A DNA stretch of 62,374 nt, the filler included. It is 6 parts of 6 records of this genome, joined end to end, with 100 filler letters (N's around TTAATTAATTAA, not from the genome) between each part and the next. Parts side by side here need not be neighbours in the genome. Positions count along the whole stretch, not along the records: positions 17,217 to 46,619 come from SRR20825010_4628; 5 more parts are not named here. One strand, written 5' to 3'. The notes below the pieces were generated by a model. That model ran no database searches. It saw nothing but the letters and a program-made list of their open reading frames with translations, and was not told where the DNA came from. A program made the translations under genes and the position numbers. Below, piece by piece: positions 22,041-34,087 of this stretch. Every line of letters begins with the position of its first letter. Positions within the stretch are counted from its first letter, which is position 1.

Positions 22041-25000
22041 ATGCTTCGAAAACTTGGGTTTGGCTTAACAGCTGTGGCGATGATGGCGCCTGGCGTAGCG
22101 GCAGCATTGGGGGTAGGGGAATACCAGCTTAATTCCTATTTGAACCAGCCCCTGGATATGGATGTCTCTCTGCACGAGGTCGGCGACCTGACTGCAGAAG
22201 AAATTCTGGTGAATCTGGCGCCCCAGTCAGAGTTCGATGCTGCTGGCGTTGATCGCAGCTATTTCCTTAATCGACTGGCATTTTCTGTAGAACTTCAGGA
22301 GGGCGACAAAGCCCAGCTGCATATTTTTACGGACCAGCCGGTGCGTGAGCCTTACCTGAACTTCCTGGTTGAATTCCTGTGGCCCACGGGTCGATTGATG
22401 CGTGAATACACGGTATTGCTGGACCCGCCCAGCTTTGCCGATAGCGCCGTGACCGCTGCGCCGACCATCAGTCGTGTGCCCCAGCCGGTGACGCGCAGCG
22501 AACCGACCCCCGCACCGGCACCCGCGCCTGCGGCAACGCCAACCCCCCAGCCTGACAGTACCCCTGAGCCCGCCATCGAATCGGAACCTCAGCAGGTCCA
22601 GTCTGCCCCGGCCGTGGCCGATAGCGGTCCCCGCAGCCGTTATACCGTACGTTCCAGCGACACCATGTGGCAGATTGCCCTGAACAATCGCCCCTCAAAC
22701 AGTGTATCGGTGCAACAGATGCTGGTGGCGATTCAGGAAATGAATCCTGATGCCTTCATCAACAACAACGTGAACCTGGTGCGTGAAGGCACGGTTCTGC
22801 GTATTCCTAACGAGCAGGAAGTGCGCAACATCTCCACCCGTTCCGCTATTGTGGAAGTGGCAGACCAGAACCGCCAATGGCGTGACATGCTGGAAAAGCG
22901 TGGCATCCAAACCCCGCAGCGCGCCCAGATTGATGGCTCCCGCCAGGTGGCTGACAGCGATGATGAGGCTGAGGCACCAACCCGTGGTGAAGTGAAGCTG
23001 GTGGCTCCGGAATCCACTGCCGGTGTGGATGATGGCGACAGCACGGGTTCTGACGAGCAAGGTAACGCGAATACCGCGGTGCTCGAGAACGAGCTGGCGA
23101 TTCGCGATGAAAGCCTGGATCGTCTGGACCGTGAAAATTCCGAACTGAAATCCCGGCTGAGCGATCTGGAAGCGCAGAACTCCACCAGCGAAGAGCTGCT
23201 GAAGCTGCGTAATGACCAGATTACCCAGTTGCAGGAAGAACTGCGCCAATTGCGCGAAGAGCAGGGCGTGGCCTCCCCGGACAATGACCCGTTGATGGAA
23301 GAGCCCGCTGAGCCGGCGCTCTCTGCGGACGATGATGATGCGGCGGGTGATGACGAGGCGAATGAGTCTATCGCCACTGCTGATTCCGCTCAGAAAGACG
23401 GCGAGCAGACCGCTGACGATGACGTTGCTGTTCTGGAAGGCTCCGACGAACAAGCAGCGGAGCAGGGTGGTGTAACCGATGCCGCTGATGCCGAAGGTCC
23501 ACAGAGTGCGGCTGACAGTGCCGGTGACAAAGAGGCTGAGGCGGACAGTGCAGTTAAACCGGTAGAGCCGGTGTCCAAGCCTGAGCCAGTGGCGCCTGCA
23601 CAGCCGCCGGTTGCCCAGAGTGGCGGCATTGTCGATCTGATCATGGAAAACCTGCTGTACATTGCGCTGGGCTTGCTGGCCATTTTGCTGCTGATTGCCC
23701 TGCTGCTGCGCGGCAAGAAGAAAAATGACAATGAAGATCTGGATGGTCCGCTGTTTGATGATGTTGACGACCAGCAGGACGATGAATTTGGCCTGAATCT
23801 GGACGATGATAGCGCACCGACCGTTGCTGCCGTTGATGATAACGCTGACGATGCGGCCCCGGTACAAGGCCAGGGCGGTAGCCAGGATCCGCTGGAAGAT
23901 GTGGAAGTGTATGTGGCTTACGGCCGCTATCCGCAAGCGGTTGACTTCCTGCGCAATGAAATCAATAAATCACCAGAGCGGGCAGACCTGAAAGTGCGTC
24001 TGCTGGAACTGCTGAAAGAAATGGGGGACGACGCGGCATTCCAGCAGCAGGCAACCACCTACGCCGGCACCGGTGCCGATGTGGATGCGGCCATTGCCCG
24101 TTTGGGTGGTGCGGCAGCGCCGGCAGCGGCCCAGGATGATGACGAACTGTCTCTGGATGATCTGGAGATGGGCCTGTCTTCTGATCTGGGGAATGGCTCT
24201 GACAGCGCGCCGACCATTGAGGCGGAAGCGCCGTCTCTGGAACCGGAAACGGAAAGCACGGACGAGTTGGCGGATTTCGATTTTGAGCTGGATTCTGCCG
24301 AGGCAGACAACGAAGACGCTACCGTCATGCTGAATGCGGACAGCGAAACATCGTCTTCTTCTGCTAATGCGCAGGATGATGATTTCAGCCTGGATTTCGA
24401 CAGCGAAGATGACGCGGTAAAAGAACCGGAAATCTCTGACGCAGACAAGCAGTCAATGTCTGCTGATTCGCTGTTGGAACTGGATGATGTGGGCAGTGCG
24501 ACTCTGCAAGATGACACCGAATTCGGTGAGCTGAATCTGGATGACATGAATGCAGAGTTCGATGATCTGTCTGCCGAGCCGGCAGCAGACGAAGAGCTGG
24601 ATCTGTCGCTGGATGATCTGGACCTGTCTGATGAAACGGGCAGCGCACCGCAGTCGTCAGATGACGATACCCTGTCAGACCTGGATATCGATCTGGAGCT
24701 GGACGAAGCCGAGAAGTCCCTGAGTGGTAGCACCCAGGCAGAAGAGTCACTGGACGATATCACCGCGCTGGATCTGGACGCACCGTTGGAAGAGGCTGCG
24801 CCGGTGGCAGACACACAGATCGACGCGGACGAAGTGGCCGCCGCAGATGACGGCTCGCTGGAAGATCTTCTGGGTGATGACGAGCTGAATCTGGATGACG
24901 ACCAGACCCTGTCTTTCGATGCCCCTGAAGCTGCCGACGCTGACGTCAGCGATGCGCAGCCGCAGGAGGAGACTGTGTCCATCGAGCCGACTGTTGCGCC

Positions 25001-25235
25001 CGCCGCTCCGGTGGATGAGACGCCGGCTCCATCCAGCGCTGATGTGCTGGCTGATGAAGATGACTTCGACTTCCTGGGTGAAACCGACGAGAACGCGACC
25101 AAGCTGGATCTGGCCAAAGCCTATATCGATATGGGTGATAACGAAGGCGCCAAGGATATCCTCAACGAAGTGATTTCTGAGGGTAATGACCAGCAACAGT
25201 CCGAAGCCCGAGAGCTGCTTAGTCAGGTGGGTTAA
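22041..25235 (+). CDS. fimV: FimV/HubP polar landmark protein
   Basis: SYLNQPL...WPTGRLMREYTVLLDPP N-domain, LysM (YTVRSSDTMWQIA), coiled coil, TM, acidic region, C-terminal TKLDLAKAYIDMGD. Confidence 0.96.
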   Translation: MLRKLGFGLTAVAMMAPGVAAALGVGEYQLNSYLNQPLDMDVSLHEVGDLTAEEILVNLAPQSEFDAAGVDRSYFLNRLAFSVELQEGDKAQLHIFTDQPVREPYLNFLVEFLWPTGRLMREYTVLLDPPSFADSAVTAAPTISRVPQPVTRSEPTPAPAPAPAATPTPQPDSTPEPAIESEPQQVQSAPAVADSGPRSRYTVRSSDTMWQIALNNRPSNSVSVQQMLVAIQEMNPDAFINNNVNLVREGTVLRIPNEQEVRNISTRSAIVEVADQNRQWRDMLEKRGIQTPQRAQIDGSRQVADSDDEAEAPTRGEVKLVAPESTAGVDDGDSTGSDEQGNANTAVLENELAIRDESLDRLDRENSELKSRLSDLEAQNSTSEELLKLRNDQITQLQEELRQLREEQGVASPDNDPLMEEPAEPALSADDDDAAGDDEANESIATADSAQKDGEQTADDDVAVLEGSDEQAAEQGGVTDAADAEGPQSAADSAGDKEAEADSAVKPVEPVSKPEPVAPAQPPVAQSGGIVDLIMENLLYIALGLLAILLLIALLLRGKKKNDNEDLDGPLFDDVDDQQDDEFGLNLDDDSAPTVAAVDDNADDAAPVQGQGGSQDPLEDVEVYVAYGRYPQAVDFLRNEINKSPERADLKVRLLELLKEMGDDAAFQQQATTYAGTGADVDAAIARLGGAAAPAAAQDDDELSLDDLEMGLSSDLGNGSDSAPTIEAEAPSLEPETESTDELADFDFELDSAEADNEDATVMLNADSETSSSSANAQDDDFSLDFDSEDDAVKEPEISDADKQSMSADSLLELDDVGSATLQDDTEFGELNLDDMNAEFDDLSAEPAADEELDLSLDDLDLSDETGSAPQSSDDDTLSDLDIDLELDEAEKSLSGSTQAEESLDDITALDLDAPLEEAAPVADTQIDADEVAAADDGSLEDLLGDDELNLDDDQTLSFDAPEAADADVSDAQPQEETVSIEPTVAPAAPVDETPAPSSADVLADEDDFDFLGETDENATKLDLAKAYIDMGDNEGAKDILNEVISEGNDQQQSEARELLSQVG

Positions 25236-25252
25236 ACTCTCCCTCGCTAGGC

Positions 25253-25291
25253 AAAAAGGGGGCGATGCCTTATGGTATCGCCCCTTTTTTT
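25253..25291 (+). terminator. Intrinsic (possibly bidirectional) terminator after fimV
   Basis: AAAAAG-GGGGCGATGCC-TTAT-GGTATCGCCCC-TTTTTTT. Confidence 0.88.
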
Positions 25292-25425
25292 GTTTTAGTC
25301 GAAAGTGAAAAGCGGTAACGCGAGGGACTCTGGAATAGCGAAGGGTGTTCCCGGCCGCCTGAGGTTCAGATCGCGTTCCTGCGTTGAATGTTCAACGCGT
25401 CACTCAACTCATCTCCGAGGGTTCC

Positions 25426-26229
25426 ATGACACGTATTGCGCTGGGTATTGAGTACGATGGCACCGACTTTCGTGGTTGGCAGACGCAGCAACCCGGTGTG
25501 CGCACGGTGCAGGAATGCCTGGAAGCGGCGTTATCCAAAGTGGCCAACCACCCAGTGGCAGTGGTCTGTGCGGGGCGAACGGATGCGGGCGTACACGGTA
25601 CCGGTCAGGTGGTTCATTTTGACTCAGCGGCCCCCCGTGAAATGAAAAGCTGGATCATGGGGGCCAATACCAATCTGCCGCGGGACGTGACCGTGCGGTG
25701 GGCAACGCCGGTGGATGATGCCTTTCATGCGCGCTTTTCCGCAGTGAGTCGCCGTTATCGTTATGTCATCTACAACCATGCCCGCCCGCCGGCCCTGTAT
25801 CGCAACCATGTGACCTGGAATTATCGACCGCTGGATGTGGCCGCCATGCGTGAAGCGGCTGCGTATCTGGTCGGTGAGCATGACTTCACTGCCTACCGAA
25901 GCGTGCACTGCCAGGCGAAATCACCATTGAAGACGATGCACAGCCTGACACTCTATGAGCACGGCAAGGTGTTGGTACTTGAGGCACACGCTAACGCGTT
26001 CTTGATGCATATGGTGCGTAATATAGCCGGGGTGCTGATGAGCGTGGGGGCGGGAAAGAAACCCGCCACCTGGGCCAGGGAGGTGCTGGAGGGGCGTGAT
26101 CGCCGGAAAGGCGCTGCCACAGCACCGCCATTTGGCTTGTACCTGGTGGAAATCGAATATCCTGACCATTTTGCGCTGCCTCAAGATGCTTTGGGACCAC
26201 TGTGGTTACCGGATGACCTTCAGGCATAA
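25426..26229 (+). CDS. truA: tRNA pseudouridine(38-40) synthase
   Basis: IEYDGTDFRGWQ, AGRTDAGVH, FHARFSA, NAFLMHMVRNI; start placed at MTRIALG. Confidence 0.97.
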   Translation: MTRIALGIEYDGTDFRGWQTQQPGVRTVQECLEAALSKVANHPVAVVCAGRTDAGVHGTGQVVHFDSAAPREMKSWIMGANTNLPRDVTVRWATPVDDAFHARFSAVSRRYRYVIYNHARPPALYRNHVTWNYRPLDVAAMREAAAYLVGEHDFTAYRSVHCQAKSPLKTMHSLTLYEHGKVLVLEAHANAFLMHMVRNIAGVLMSVGAGKKPATWAREVLEGRDRRKGAATAPPFGLYLVEIEYPDHFALPQDALGPLWLPDDLQA

Positions 26230-26302
26230 TGATTAATTGCGATATGCGGCACGCCTCATGCCCCACGCTAAAACCCCTGGTTTTTGTTACACTGGAGAAC
26301 CC

Positions 26303-26959
26303 ATGACCATACCCCGGGTCAAAATCTGCGGTATTACCCGAATTGAAGATGCCTTGGCGGCGGCGAAGTCCGGTGCCGATGCAATTGGTCTGGTTTTCTA
26401 TGGGCCCAGCCCCCGCGTAGTGACTGAGGCCCGCGCGGCGCAGATCTGCGCCAGCCTGCCCCCGTTTGTTACCACGGTGGCGCTGTTTGTGGATGCCCCC
26501 CGTGACCAGATCAACCGGGTGCTGACCACCGTGCCGGTGGATGTGCTGCAGTTCCATGGTAATGAAGACCCGCAGTACTGTGATAGTTTCGGGCGCCCCT
26601 GGATCAAGGCGGTACGGATGAAGGACGATGTGGACTTGCATGAGTACGCGCAGATGTACCACAACGCGTCGGGGTTACTGGTCGATAGCTATGTGCCGGG
26701 GCTGCCAGGCGGCACCGGCGAAGTTTTCAACTGGGGCAGGGTTCCGAAGGACCTGCCCTTGCCCGTGGTGCTGGCTGGTGGCCTGCACCCGGAAAATGTG
26801 GCGGAAGCCGTGACACAGGTTCGGCCATGGGCGGTGGATGTCAGTGGTGGCGTTGAGCAGAAAAATGTTCAGGGTCGTCGCAGCGGCGGCATTAAGGATG
26901 CCTCCGCCATTCGCGCCTTTATCAATAGTGTCAAAACACGAGGAGTAGCTGGTGTCTGA
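26303..26959 (+). CDS. trpF: Phosphoribosylanthranilate isomerase
   Basis: [31 protein letters not shown]. Confidence 0.97.
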   Translation: MTIPRVKICGITRIEDALAAAKSGADAIGLVFYGPSPRVVTEARAAQICASLPPFVTTVALFVDAPRDQINRVLTTVPVDVLQFHGNEDPQYCDSFGRPWIKAVRMKDDVDLHEYAQMYHNASGLLVDSYVPGLPGGTGEVFNWGRVPKDLPLPVVLAGGLHPENVAEAVTQVRPWAVDVSGGVEQKNVQGRRSGGIKDASAIRAFINSVKTRGVAGV

Positions 26960-28163
26960 ACGCCCTGATTTTTCTGCTTTTCCTGACGCGCGTGGCCACT
27001 TTGGCCAGTTTGGCGGCAGCTTCGTTTCCGAGACCCTGATGGGGGCTTTGGACGAACTGACGGCCATGTATGCGCGTCTCAAGGACGATCCGCAGTTCCG
27101 CGCGGATTTCGACTACGACCTGGCCCATTATGTTGGCCGCCCGTCTCCGCTGTATCTGGCGGAGCGATGGTCGAAGCAGCTCGGTGGCGCAAAAATCTGG
27201 CTCAAGCGTGAGGATCTCAACCATACCGGCGCGCACAAGGTGAATAACACCATCGGTCAGGCGCTGCTGGCCAAGCACATGGGCAAACCGCGGGTCATTG
27301 CGGAAACCGGGGCTGGCCAGCACGGTGTAGCGACCGCCACTGTCGCGGCTCGCCTGGGCCTGACGTGTCAGGTCTACATGGGGGCTGAAGACGTGGAGCG
27401 TCAAAAGCTCAACGTCTATCGGATGAAGCTGCTGGGTGCAGAAGTGATTCCGGTGACCTCGGGGTCGCGGACCCTGAAAGACGCCATGAACGAAGCCATG
27501 CGTGACTGGGTTACCAACGTGGATGACACCTTCTACATCATCGGCACGGTTGCTGGTCCGCATCCTTATCCGCAGCTGGTGCGTGATTTCCAGTGCATTA
27601 TCGGTCGTGAAGCCCGCGAGCAGAGCCTCAAGCAGGCGGGGCAGCTGCCGGATGCCCTGGTGGCCTGCGTGGGCGGTGGCTCCAACGCCATTGGCCTGTT
27701 CCATCCGTTCCTTAACGATGACGATGTGGCCATGTATGGCGTGGAAGCGGCGGGCGACGGTATTGAAACCGGTCGCCATGCCGCACCGCTCAATGCGGGC
27801 CGCCCCGGGGTTCTGCACGGCAATCGTACCTACCTGATGGAAGACGACAATGGTCAGATTATCGAGACGCACTCGGTATCAGCCGGCCTGGATTACCCCG
27901 GTGTGGGGCCTGAGCATTCCTGGCTGAAAGATCTGGGCCGGGTGAAATATGTGGCCGCGGATGATCAGGAGGCACTCTCGGCATTTCGTGAGTTGACCCT
28001 GGTGGAAGGCATCATGCCCGCGCTGGAATCGGCCCATGCCTTGGCCTACGCCCGCAAGCTGGCACCTACCATGTCGCCGGACCAGAACATCGTGGTGAAT
28101 CTCTCCGGACGGGGGGACAAGGATATTCTGACCGTAGCTGCCATCGACGGGATCGATGTCTGA
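26952..28163 (+). CDS. trpB: Tryptophan synthase beta chain
   Basis: [52 protein letters not shown]. Confidence 0.98.
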   Translation: MSERPDFSAFPDARGHFGQFGGSFVSETLMGALDELTAMYARLKDDPQFRADFDYDLAHYVGRPSPLYLAERWSKQLGGAKIWLKREDLNHTGAHKVNNTIGQALLAKHMGKPRVIAETGAGQHGVATATVAARLGLTCQVYMGAEDVERQKLNVYRMKLLGAEVIPVTSGSRTLKDAMNEAMRDWVTNVDDTFYIIGTVAGPHPYPQLVRDFQCIIGREAREQSLKQAGQLPDALVACVGGGSNAIGLFHPFLNDDDVAMYGVEAAGDGIETGRHAAPLNAGRPGVLHGNRTYLMEDDNGQIIETHSVSAGLDYPGVGPEHSWLKDLGRVKYVAADDQEALSAFRELTLVEGIMPALESAHALAYARKLAPTMSPDQNIVVNLSGRGDKDILTVAAIDGIDV

Positions 28164-28276
28164 TTCTGTGATTGCCGGCTGGCTTATTAGTGAGGTTGTT
28201 GCCATTGCCCAGCGCCATGGCTGCAATCTGGAAAGGCCCCGCGGGGCTTTTCCACTACCTGTTTTAAGGAGCAGAA

Positions 28277-29080
28277 ATGCGTCGTATTGAAAGTTGCTTC
28301 CAGCGCCTCGCCGGTCAGAACCGCAAGGCCCTGATTCCTTTTGTAACCGCGGGTGATCCGGTAAAAGAAGTGACGGTGCCGCTGATGCACGCCATGGTAG
28401 ACGCTGGCGCGGATATCATTGAATTGGGCGTGCCGTTTTCCGACCCCATGGCAGACGGGCCAGTGATCCAGCTGGCCTGTGAGCGCGCACTGGCGCACAA
28501 CACTTCCACCCGCGATATTCTCGGCATGGTGAAGGCATTCCGCGAAACCAATACGGATACCCCTGTGGTCCTGATGGGTTACCTGAACCCGGTGGAAGTC
28601 ATGGGCTACGAGGCCTTTGCCAAAGCCGCAGCGGATGCCGGTGTGGATGGGGTGTTGCTGGTGGATTTGCCGCCGGAAGAAGCACTGGAAGTGAAGCCGG
28701 TAATGGATGCCCAGGGCCTGGACATGATTTTCCTGGTCGCGCCCACTACCTCGGATGCCCGTATCAAGCTGATTGGCAAAGCCGGCTCAGGCTATCTCTA
28801 TTACGTTTCTCTGAAGGGCGTCACCGGCTCCGCAACCCTCAACGTGGATGAAGTGGCGAGCCGGGTTGAAACAATTCGCAACCTTGCTCAATTGCCCATT
28901 GGTGTCGGCTTTGGTATCAAAGACGCTGAATCTGCGCAGGCGGTGAGCCGGGTAGCCGATGGTGTGGTCGTCGGTAGTGCCCTGGTGAATCAAATTGCTG
29001 AAAACAAGGATGCCCCGGACGCGATTAACGACGCGGTTGGCGGTATTCTCAGCGCTATGCGTAACGCCATGGATCAATAA
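28277..29080 (+). CDS. trpA: Tryptophan synthase alpha chain
   Basis: [34 protein letters not shown]. Confidence 0.98.
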   Translation: MRRIESCFQRLAGQNRKALIPFVTAGDPVKEVTVPLMHAMVDAGADIIELGVPFSDPMADGPVIQLACERALAHNTSTRDILGMVKAFRETNTDTPVVLMGYLNPVEVMGYEAFAKAAADAGVDGVLLVDLPPEEALEVKPVMDAQGLDMIFLVAPTTSDARIKLIGKAGSGYLYYVSLKGVTGSATLNVDEVASRVETIRNLAQLPIGVGFGIKDAESAQAVSRVADGVVVGSALVNQIAENKDAPDAINDAVGGILSAMRNAMDQ

Positions 29081-29092
29081 CGGGACCTTTGC

Positions 29093-29974
29093 ATGAGCAA
29101 TAGCAACTGGCTGGAGAAAATCCTCCCCGCCGTACGTCGCCCCCAGGAAAGTCGGCGCAATAATATTCCTGAAGGGTTGTGGCGAAAGTGCCCGCGTTGC
29201 GAAGGGGTGGTTTATCGGCCGGAACTGGATCGCAACATGGATGTGTGTCCCAAGTGCGATCACCATTTGCGTATTGATGCCCGTCGACGCCTGAAGCTGT
29301 TTCTCGATGAAGGTGCTCAGACGGAAATTGGTGCTGAGCTGGCGCCGGTGGATCGTCTCAAGTTCAAGGACTCGAAGAAGTACAAGGACCGTTTGGTGGC
29401 AGCCCAGAAAACCACCGATGAAAAAGATGCTTTGGTGGTGCTGAAAGGGGCGTTACATGGCGAACCGCTGGTGGCCTGTGCCTTTGAGTTTAATTTCATG
29501 GGCGGCTCTATGGGGTCCGTGGTGGGGGAGCGTTTTGTTCGTGCCGTGAATGTCTGCCTGGAGCAGAAACTACCTCTGGTGTGTTTCGCGGCCAGTGGCG
29601 GGGCGCGTATGCAGGAAGCCCTGTTCTCGCTCATGCAGATGGCAAAAACCAGTGCCGCGCTGGAGAAGATGCGCCAGGCCGGTTTGCCGTTTATTTCCGT
29701 GCTGACGGATCCGGTTTATGGTGGCGTTTCTGCATCACTGGCCATGCTGGGGGATGTCAATGTGGCAGAGCCCAATGCCTTGATCGGTTTTGCGGGCCCG
29801 AGGGTCATTGAACAGACCGTGCGGCAGAAATTGCCGGAAGGCTTCCAGCGTAGCGAATTCCTGCTGGATCATGGCGCCATCGACATGATCGTGTCCCGGC
29901 ATGATATGCGTGACACCCTTCACCGTTTACTGGCCAACATGATGGGCTGGTCGCCACTGGCGCTGAATGACTGA
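29093..29974 (+). CDS. accD: Acetyl-CoA carboxylase carboxyltransferase beta
   Basis: Zn ribbon CPRC...[30 protein letters not shown]. Confidence 0.98.
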   Translation: MSNSNWLEKILPAVRRPQESRRNNIPEGLWRKCPRCEGVVYRPELDRNMDVCPKCDHHLRIDARRRLKLFLDEGAQTEIGAELAPVDRLKFKDSKKYKDRLVAAQKTTDEKDALVVLKGALHGEPLVACAFEFNFMGGSMGSVVGERFVRAVNVCLEQKLPLVCFAASGGARMQEALFSLMQMAKTSAALEKMRQAGLPFISVLTDPVYGGVSASLAMLGDVNVAEPNALIGFAGPRVIEQTVRQKLPEGFQRSEFLLDHGAIDMIVSRHDMRDTLHRLLANMMGWSPLALND

Positions 29975-31199
29975 TACTTCCTTGCCTGATTCCTTGGCCG
30001 GGTGGCTGCGCCGCATCGAGGCCATGCACCCGGCAGAGATTGAACTGGGCCTGGATCGACTCCATGGCGTTGCTGCCCGCCTGGCGGTGGCGCATTTCTC
30101 TGTTCCTGTGATTACCGTTGCCGGTACCAATGGCAAGGGCTCTACGCTGCGACTGATGACGGCCTTGGCTGAACGCCAGGGCCGCAAGGTCTGTTTGTAT
30201 ACCTCTCCCCATCTTCACGTGTTCAACGAGCGGGTCCGCCTGCCTGAAGGTCTGGCCAGTGATGCGCAGTTATGTGCCGCGTTTGCCCAGGTGGAGCAGG
30301 CGAGGGGTCAGGTGCCGCTTACCTATTTTGAATTCACTACGCTGGCTGCGCTCTGGTTATTCAAGGCCAGCGAGGCGGATCTGATACTGCTGGAAGTGGG
30401 GCTGGGTGGCCGATTGGATGCGGTGAATATTGTGGAACCCGACGTGTCTGTAGTGACGTCCGTAGGACTTGATCACCAGGACTGGCTGGGCGATACCCGC
30501 GAGGCCATCGCTGCCGAGAAGTGTGGCATTGGCCGGGTGGACAAGCCGCTGGTGTTTGGCGAAATGAACTGGCCAGACAACCTTGTTTCGCTGGTCGCAA
30601 CGCTGGGTGCGAGACCGGTGTTTGCCGGCCGAGATTTTCATGTCCAGGACGAGGCGCTGGTTTTGTCAGGTGACCGACAGTTGCGTTTGCCCGCGCAGGT
30701 GCGCCTGGGGACAGACAATCTGGCCACGGCCTGCCAGGCGTTATCTCTGGCGGGTGTAGAGTGCGGCGATGCGGATGTGGCGGCGGTGGCTGAACTGGGC
30801 CTGTTTGGGCGTTGCGAGCAGCAGCATATCGGCGGGGTATCCTGTTGGTTTGATGTGGGCCACAATCTGCCGGCGGTACAGCGTTTTCTGCAGCAGCTTC
30901 CGGCCTGTGCCGGGACCCGGCATCTGGTGTTCGGTATGATGGCCGATAAACCCGTTGATGCAGTGATTGGGCTATTCGACGGCATGGCTGCCCGATGGTA
31001 TCTGGCCGCACCACAGATTCCCCGTGCGGCACCGACGGCAAGACTGCGAGAGGGGCTGCCTGACACGGCGCAGTACCAGGAGTATGCCAGTGTGGCGGCG
31101 GCCGCTCGCGCCGCGCTGGAGGCGGCTGGTGGTGAAGATCAGGTGGTCGTCTTTGGCTCCTTTTATACCGTGGCAGAAGCTCGGGAGCAGGCGCAGTAA
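29967..31199 (+). CDS. folC: Dihydrofolate/folylpolyglutamate synthase
   Basis: [41 protein letters not shown]. Confidence 0.96.
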   Translation: MTDTSLPDSLAGWLRRIEAMHPAEIELGLDRLHGVAARLAVAHFSVPVITVAGTNGKGSTLRLMTALAERQGRKVCLYTSPHLHVFNERVRLPEGLASDAQLCAAFAQVEQARGQVPLTYFEFTTLAALWLFKASEADLILLEVGLGGRLDAVNIVEPDVSVVTSVGLDHQDWLGDTREAIAAEKCGIGRVDKPLVFGEMNWPDNLVSLVATLGARPVFAGRDFHVQDEALVLSGDRQLRLPAQVRLGTDNLATACQALSLAGVECGDADVAAVAELGLFGRCEQQHIGGVSCWFDVGHNLPAVQRFLQQLPACAGTRHLVFGMMADKPVDAVIGLFDGMAARWYLAAPQIPRAAPTARLREGLPDTAQYQEYASVAAAARAALEAAGGEDQVVVFGSFYTVAEAREQAQ

Positions 31200-31221
31200 C
31201 GGCAGCGCTAGTGAATGCTAA

Positions 31222-31869
31222 ATGGAGAAACCGGTGGATAATCGAGCGCGTCAGCGCATTGTGGGTATTGTACTGTTACTGATTCTGGCTGGCGCACTGG
31301 CACCGTTCCTGTTCCGTACCCCTGAGCAGGTGCGCAATGCGTTGGATATGCGTATTCCCGAGCCGCCGGAACACAAAACCGTACTGGTTGAACCCGTAGT
31401 GCCGCAGGAGCGTCTGGACACAGCGGACGAGCGTATCGAGGCTGATCGTGAGGCGATTCAAGACGCTGCTGAGCAACAGCTCGGTGACCAAGATGGCAAC
31501 GAGGACACGCAAACCGTTCCGCAACAGCCGGAACCGGTCGCGCCAGTGGAGGACGATGCGCCAGTACCTCCGCCGGAAAATCCTGTGACGCCGTCCCAGG
31601 TCGATCCCGCCGATGGCCCTGTGCTGGCCGGTTTTGTGGTCCAGACGGGCAGTTATTCCGATGCGGATAATGCCAGCGGCATGGTCGATAAACTCAAGGC
31701 CGCAGGCTATCGGGCATACATACAGACCGACAGCCATGAAGGGAAAGTGGTGCATCGGGTGATGGTCGGGCCGGAAATTCGCAAGGACGATGCTGAATCC
31801 ACCCGGCAGAAGCTGGCCGACGACGAGCGTTTCAAGCTTAAGGGGCTGGTGCGGATTTACGTACCCTGA
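31222..31869 (+). CDS. dedD: SPOR-domain cell-division protein, DedD-like
   Basis: QRIVG N-terminal TM, Pro-rich linker, C-terminal SPOR (FVVQTGSY...RVMVGP); between folC and cvpA. Confidence 0.85.
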   Translation: MEKPVDNRARQRIVGIVLLLILAGALAPFLFRTPEQVRNALDMRIPEPPEHKTVLVEPVVPQERLDTADERIEADREAIQDAAEQQLGDQDGNEDTQTVPQQPEPVAPVEDDAPVPPPENPVTPSQVDPADGPVLAGFVVQTGSYSDADNASGMVDKLKAAGYRAYIQTDSHEGKVVHRVMVGPEIRKDDAESTRQKLADDERFKLKGLVRIYVP

Positions 31870-32051
31870 CGGATGGCAGCCCGTGTGGTTGTGTCCCTGT
31901 TTCGTGCAGTGGGAAAACCGGGCATGCATGGGCAAGCGGGTTCGCCTCTGATAAACTGCGCCGTCTGTATTTACAGGGTGCCATGTCTGCCTTTTCCTGG
32001 TCCGGCATTGCCCTTTTTCAGCCCTAACCCGCCGGCGAGAGCACGCTTTAC

Positions 32052-32546
32052 ATGAATCTGGCAGACGGCATCATTCTGTTTGTTATCGCAGTCTCCGCAC
32101 TTCTGAGTGTGCGCCGTGGATTTACCCGCGAAGCCTTTTCGTTGCTCACATGGGTAGCGGCCTTTATTATCGCGCGCCTGTTCAGCCCGGCCCTGGATCT
32201 CCTTCTCCAGGAGCAGATCTCCACCCCCAGCCTGCGGGCCGCTGTCGCTTTCGGCAGCCTGTTCGCCTTGACGTTGGCGGTGGGAGCCCTCATCAACCAT
32301 TTGCTCGGTGAGCTGATCCGCGTCACCGGCCTGAGTAGTACAGATCGATTGATGGGTATGGTGTTCGGCGCCCTGCGTGGGGTCTTGCTGATGGTCGTAC
32401 TGGTTGCCCTGGGTCGGCATCTGTTTGCCGCTGACCCCTGGTGGCACGAATCTACCCTGGTGCCGCATCTGGTGATGATGGAAGCGTGGACCCGGGACGT
32501 TGGCGAGAGTCTTCTCGCCTTTATCATGAATGTAAGCGGCAGCTAG
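32052..32546 (+). CDS. cvpA: CvpA family membrane protein
   Basis: [29 protein letters not shown]; immediately upstream of purF. Confidence 0.93.
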   Translation: MNLADGIILFVIAVSALLSVRRGFTREAFSLLTWVAAFIIARLFSPALDLLLQEQISTPSLRAAVAFGSLFALTLAVGALINHLLGELIRVTGLSSTDRLMGMVFGALRGVLLMVVLVALGRHLFAADPWWHESTLVPHLVMMEAWTRDVGESLLAFIMNVSGS

Positions 32547-32557
32547 AGGTAAGTACC

Positions 32558-34081
32558 ATGTGCGGCATTGTGGGTATTGTCGGTCATAGCCATGTGAACC
32601 AGGGGATCTACGATGCCCTGACCGTTCTCCAGCATCGTGGCCAGGATGCGGCTGGTATCGTGACCTGTGACGGTGATCGTCTCTACCTGCGCAAGGATAA
32701 CGGCATGGTGCGCGATGTTTTCCGCACCCGCCATATGCGTCGGTTGGTCGGTAACATGGGGATTGGCCATGTACGCTATCCCACGGCAGGCAGCTCCAGT
32801 TCGGCGGAAGCCCAGCCGTTCTATGTAAACTCTCCCTACGGCATTACGCTGGCCCACAACGGCAACCTGACGAATGCGGAAGCGCTGGCCGAGCATATCT
32901 TTCGTGCCGACCTGCGCCACATCAATACCACCTCCGATTCCGAAGTTCTGCTGAACGTGTTTGCCCACGAGCTGCAAAGCCGCGGCAAGTTGCAGCCGGA
33001 GCCGGAAGATATCTTTGATGCGGTTGCTGCAGTCCATCAACGGGTGGAAGGGGCCTACGCCGTGGTGGCCATGATCACTGGCTACGGCATTCTGGCTTTC
33101 CGCGACCCCCATGGTATTCGCCCGGTGTGCTTTGGCCGCAAGGACACCCCGAACGGACCGGAATATATGGTGGCTTCCGAGTCTGTGGCTTTGTCTTCCC
33201 TGGGTTTCCATGTGGAGCGTGATCTGGCCCCGGGCGAAGCGATTTACATCACCGCTGATGGTGAGATGCATACCCGTCAGTGCGCGCAATCCCCGAGCCT
33301 GCATCCGTGTATTTTCGAGCAGGTTTATCTGGCACGTCCGGATTCCATCATTGATGGTATCTCCGTGTACAAGGCGCGCCTGCGCATGGGGGAAAAACTG
33401 GCCGAGAAAGTGGAACGTGAATGGCCGGACCACGATATCGATGTGGTCATCCCGATTCCTGATACCAGCCGAACGTCCGCCTTGCAGATGGCCAACCATC
33501 TGGGCGTGAAATACCGTGAAGGCTTTATCAAGAACCGTTATATCGGTCGTACCTTCATTATGCCGGGCCAGCAGCAACGCAAGAAATCGGTGCGCCAGAA
33601 ACTCAATGCCATTGAGCTGGAATTCCAGGGCAAGAATGTATTGCTGGTGGATGATTCCATCGTGCGCGGTACCACCTGCAACGAAATTATCCAGATGGCT
33701 CGGGAAGCCGGCGCGCGCAAAGTGTATTTCGCCTCAGCGGCTCCTGCGGTGAAATACCCGAACGTCTATGGCATCGATATGCCGGTGGCCCAGGAACTGA
33801 TTGCACACGGTCGTACCACCGATGAAATTGGTGAATTGATCGGCGCTGACCGGTTGATCTACCAGGATCTTGATGATTTGGTGGAAACCTGCCAAGAAGG
33901 CAACCCGAATGTGGCGTCCTTTGATTGCTCCGTGTTCAATGGCGAGTATCTGGCCGGCAATATCACCCCGGACTATCTGGCCAACCTGGAAGCGCGGCGC
34001 AACGACGCGGCTAAAGGTAACAGCGAGAAAACCCAGGCCCTGGCGGATAATGAAATTATCGACCTGCATAATGCTAATTAA
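32558..34081 (+). CDS. purF: Amidophosphoribosyltransferase
   Basis: N-terminal [34 protein letters not shown]. Confidence 0.98.
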   Translation: MCGIVGIVGHSHVNQGIYDALTVLQHRGQDAAGIVTCDGDRLYLRKDNGMVRDVFRTRHMRRLVGNMGIGHVRYPTAGSSSSAEAQPFYVNSPYGITLAHNGNLTNAEALAEHIFRADLRHINTTSDSEVLLNVFAHELQSRGKLQPEPEDIFDAVAAVHQRVEGAYAVVAMITGYGILAFRDPHGIRPVCFGRKDTPNGPEYMVASESVALSSLGFHVERDLAPGEAIYITADGEMHTRQCAQSPSLHPCIFEQVYLARPDSIIDGISVYKARLRMGEKLAEKVEREWPDHDIDVVIPIPDTSRTSALQMANHLGVKYREGFIKNRYIGRTFIMPGQQQRKKSVRQKLNAIELEFQGKNVLLVDDSIVRGTTCNEIIQMAREAGARKVYFASAAPAVKYPNVYGIDMPVAQELIAHGRTTDEIGELIGADRLIYQDLDDLVETCQEGNPNVASFDCSVFNGEYLAGNITPDYLANLEARRNDAAKGNSEKTQALADNEIIDLHNAN

Positions 34082-34087
34082 TGCGGG

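Noticed and set aside
24120..25080. Repeated CTGGATGA(T/C)-like units suggesting a tandem or CRISPR-like array
   Set aside because: Coding low complexity (LDD/DLD) in the FimV acidic region, with no constant repeat or spacer length.
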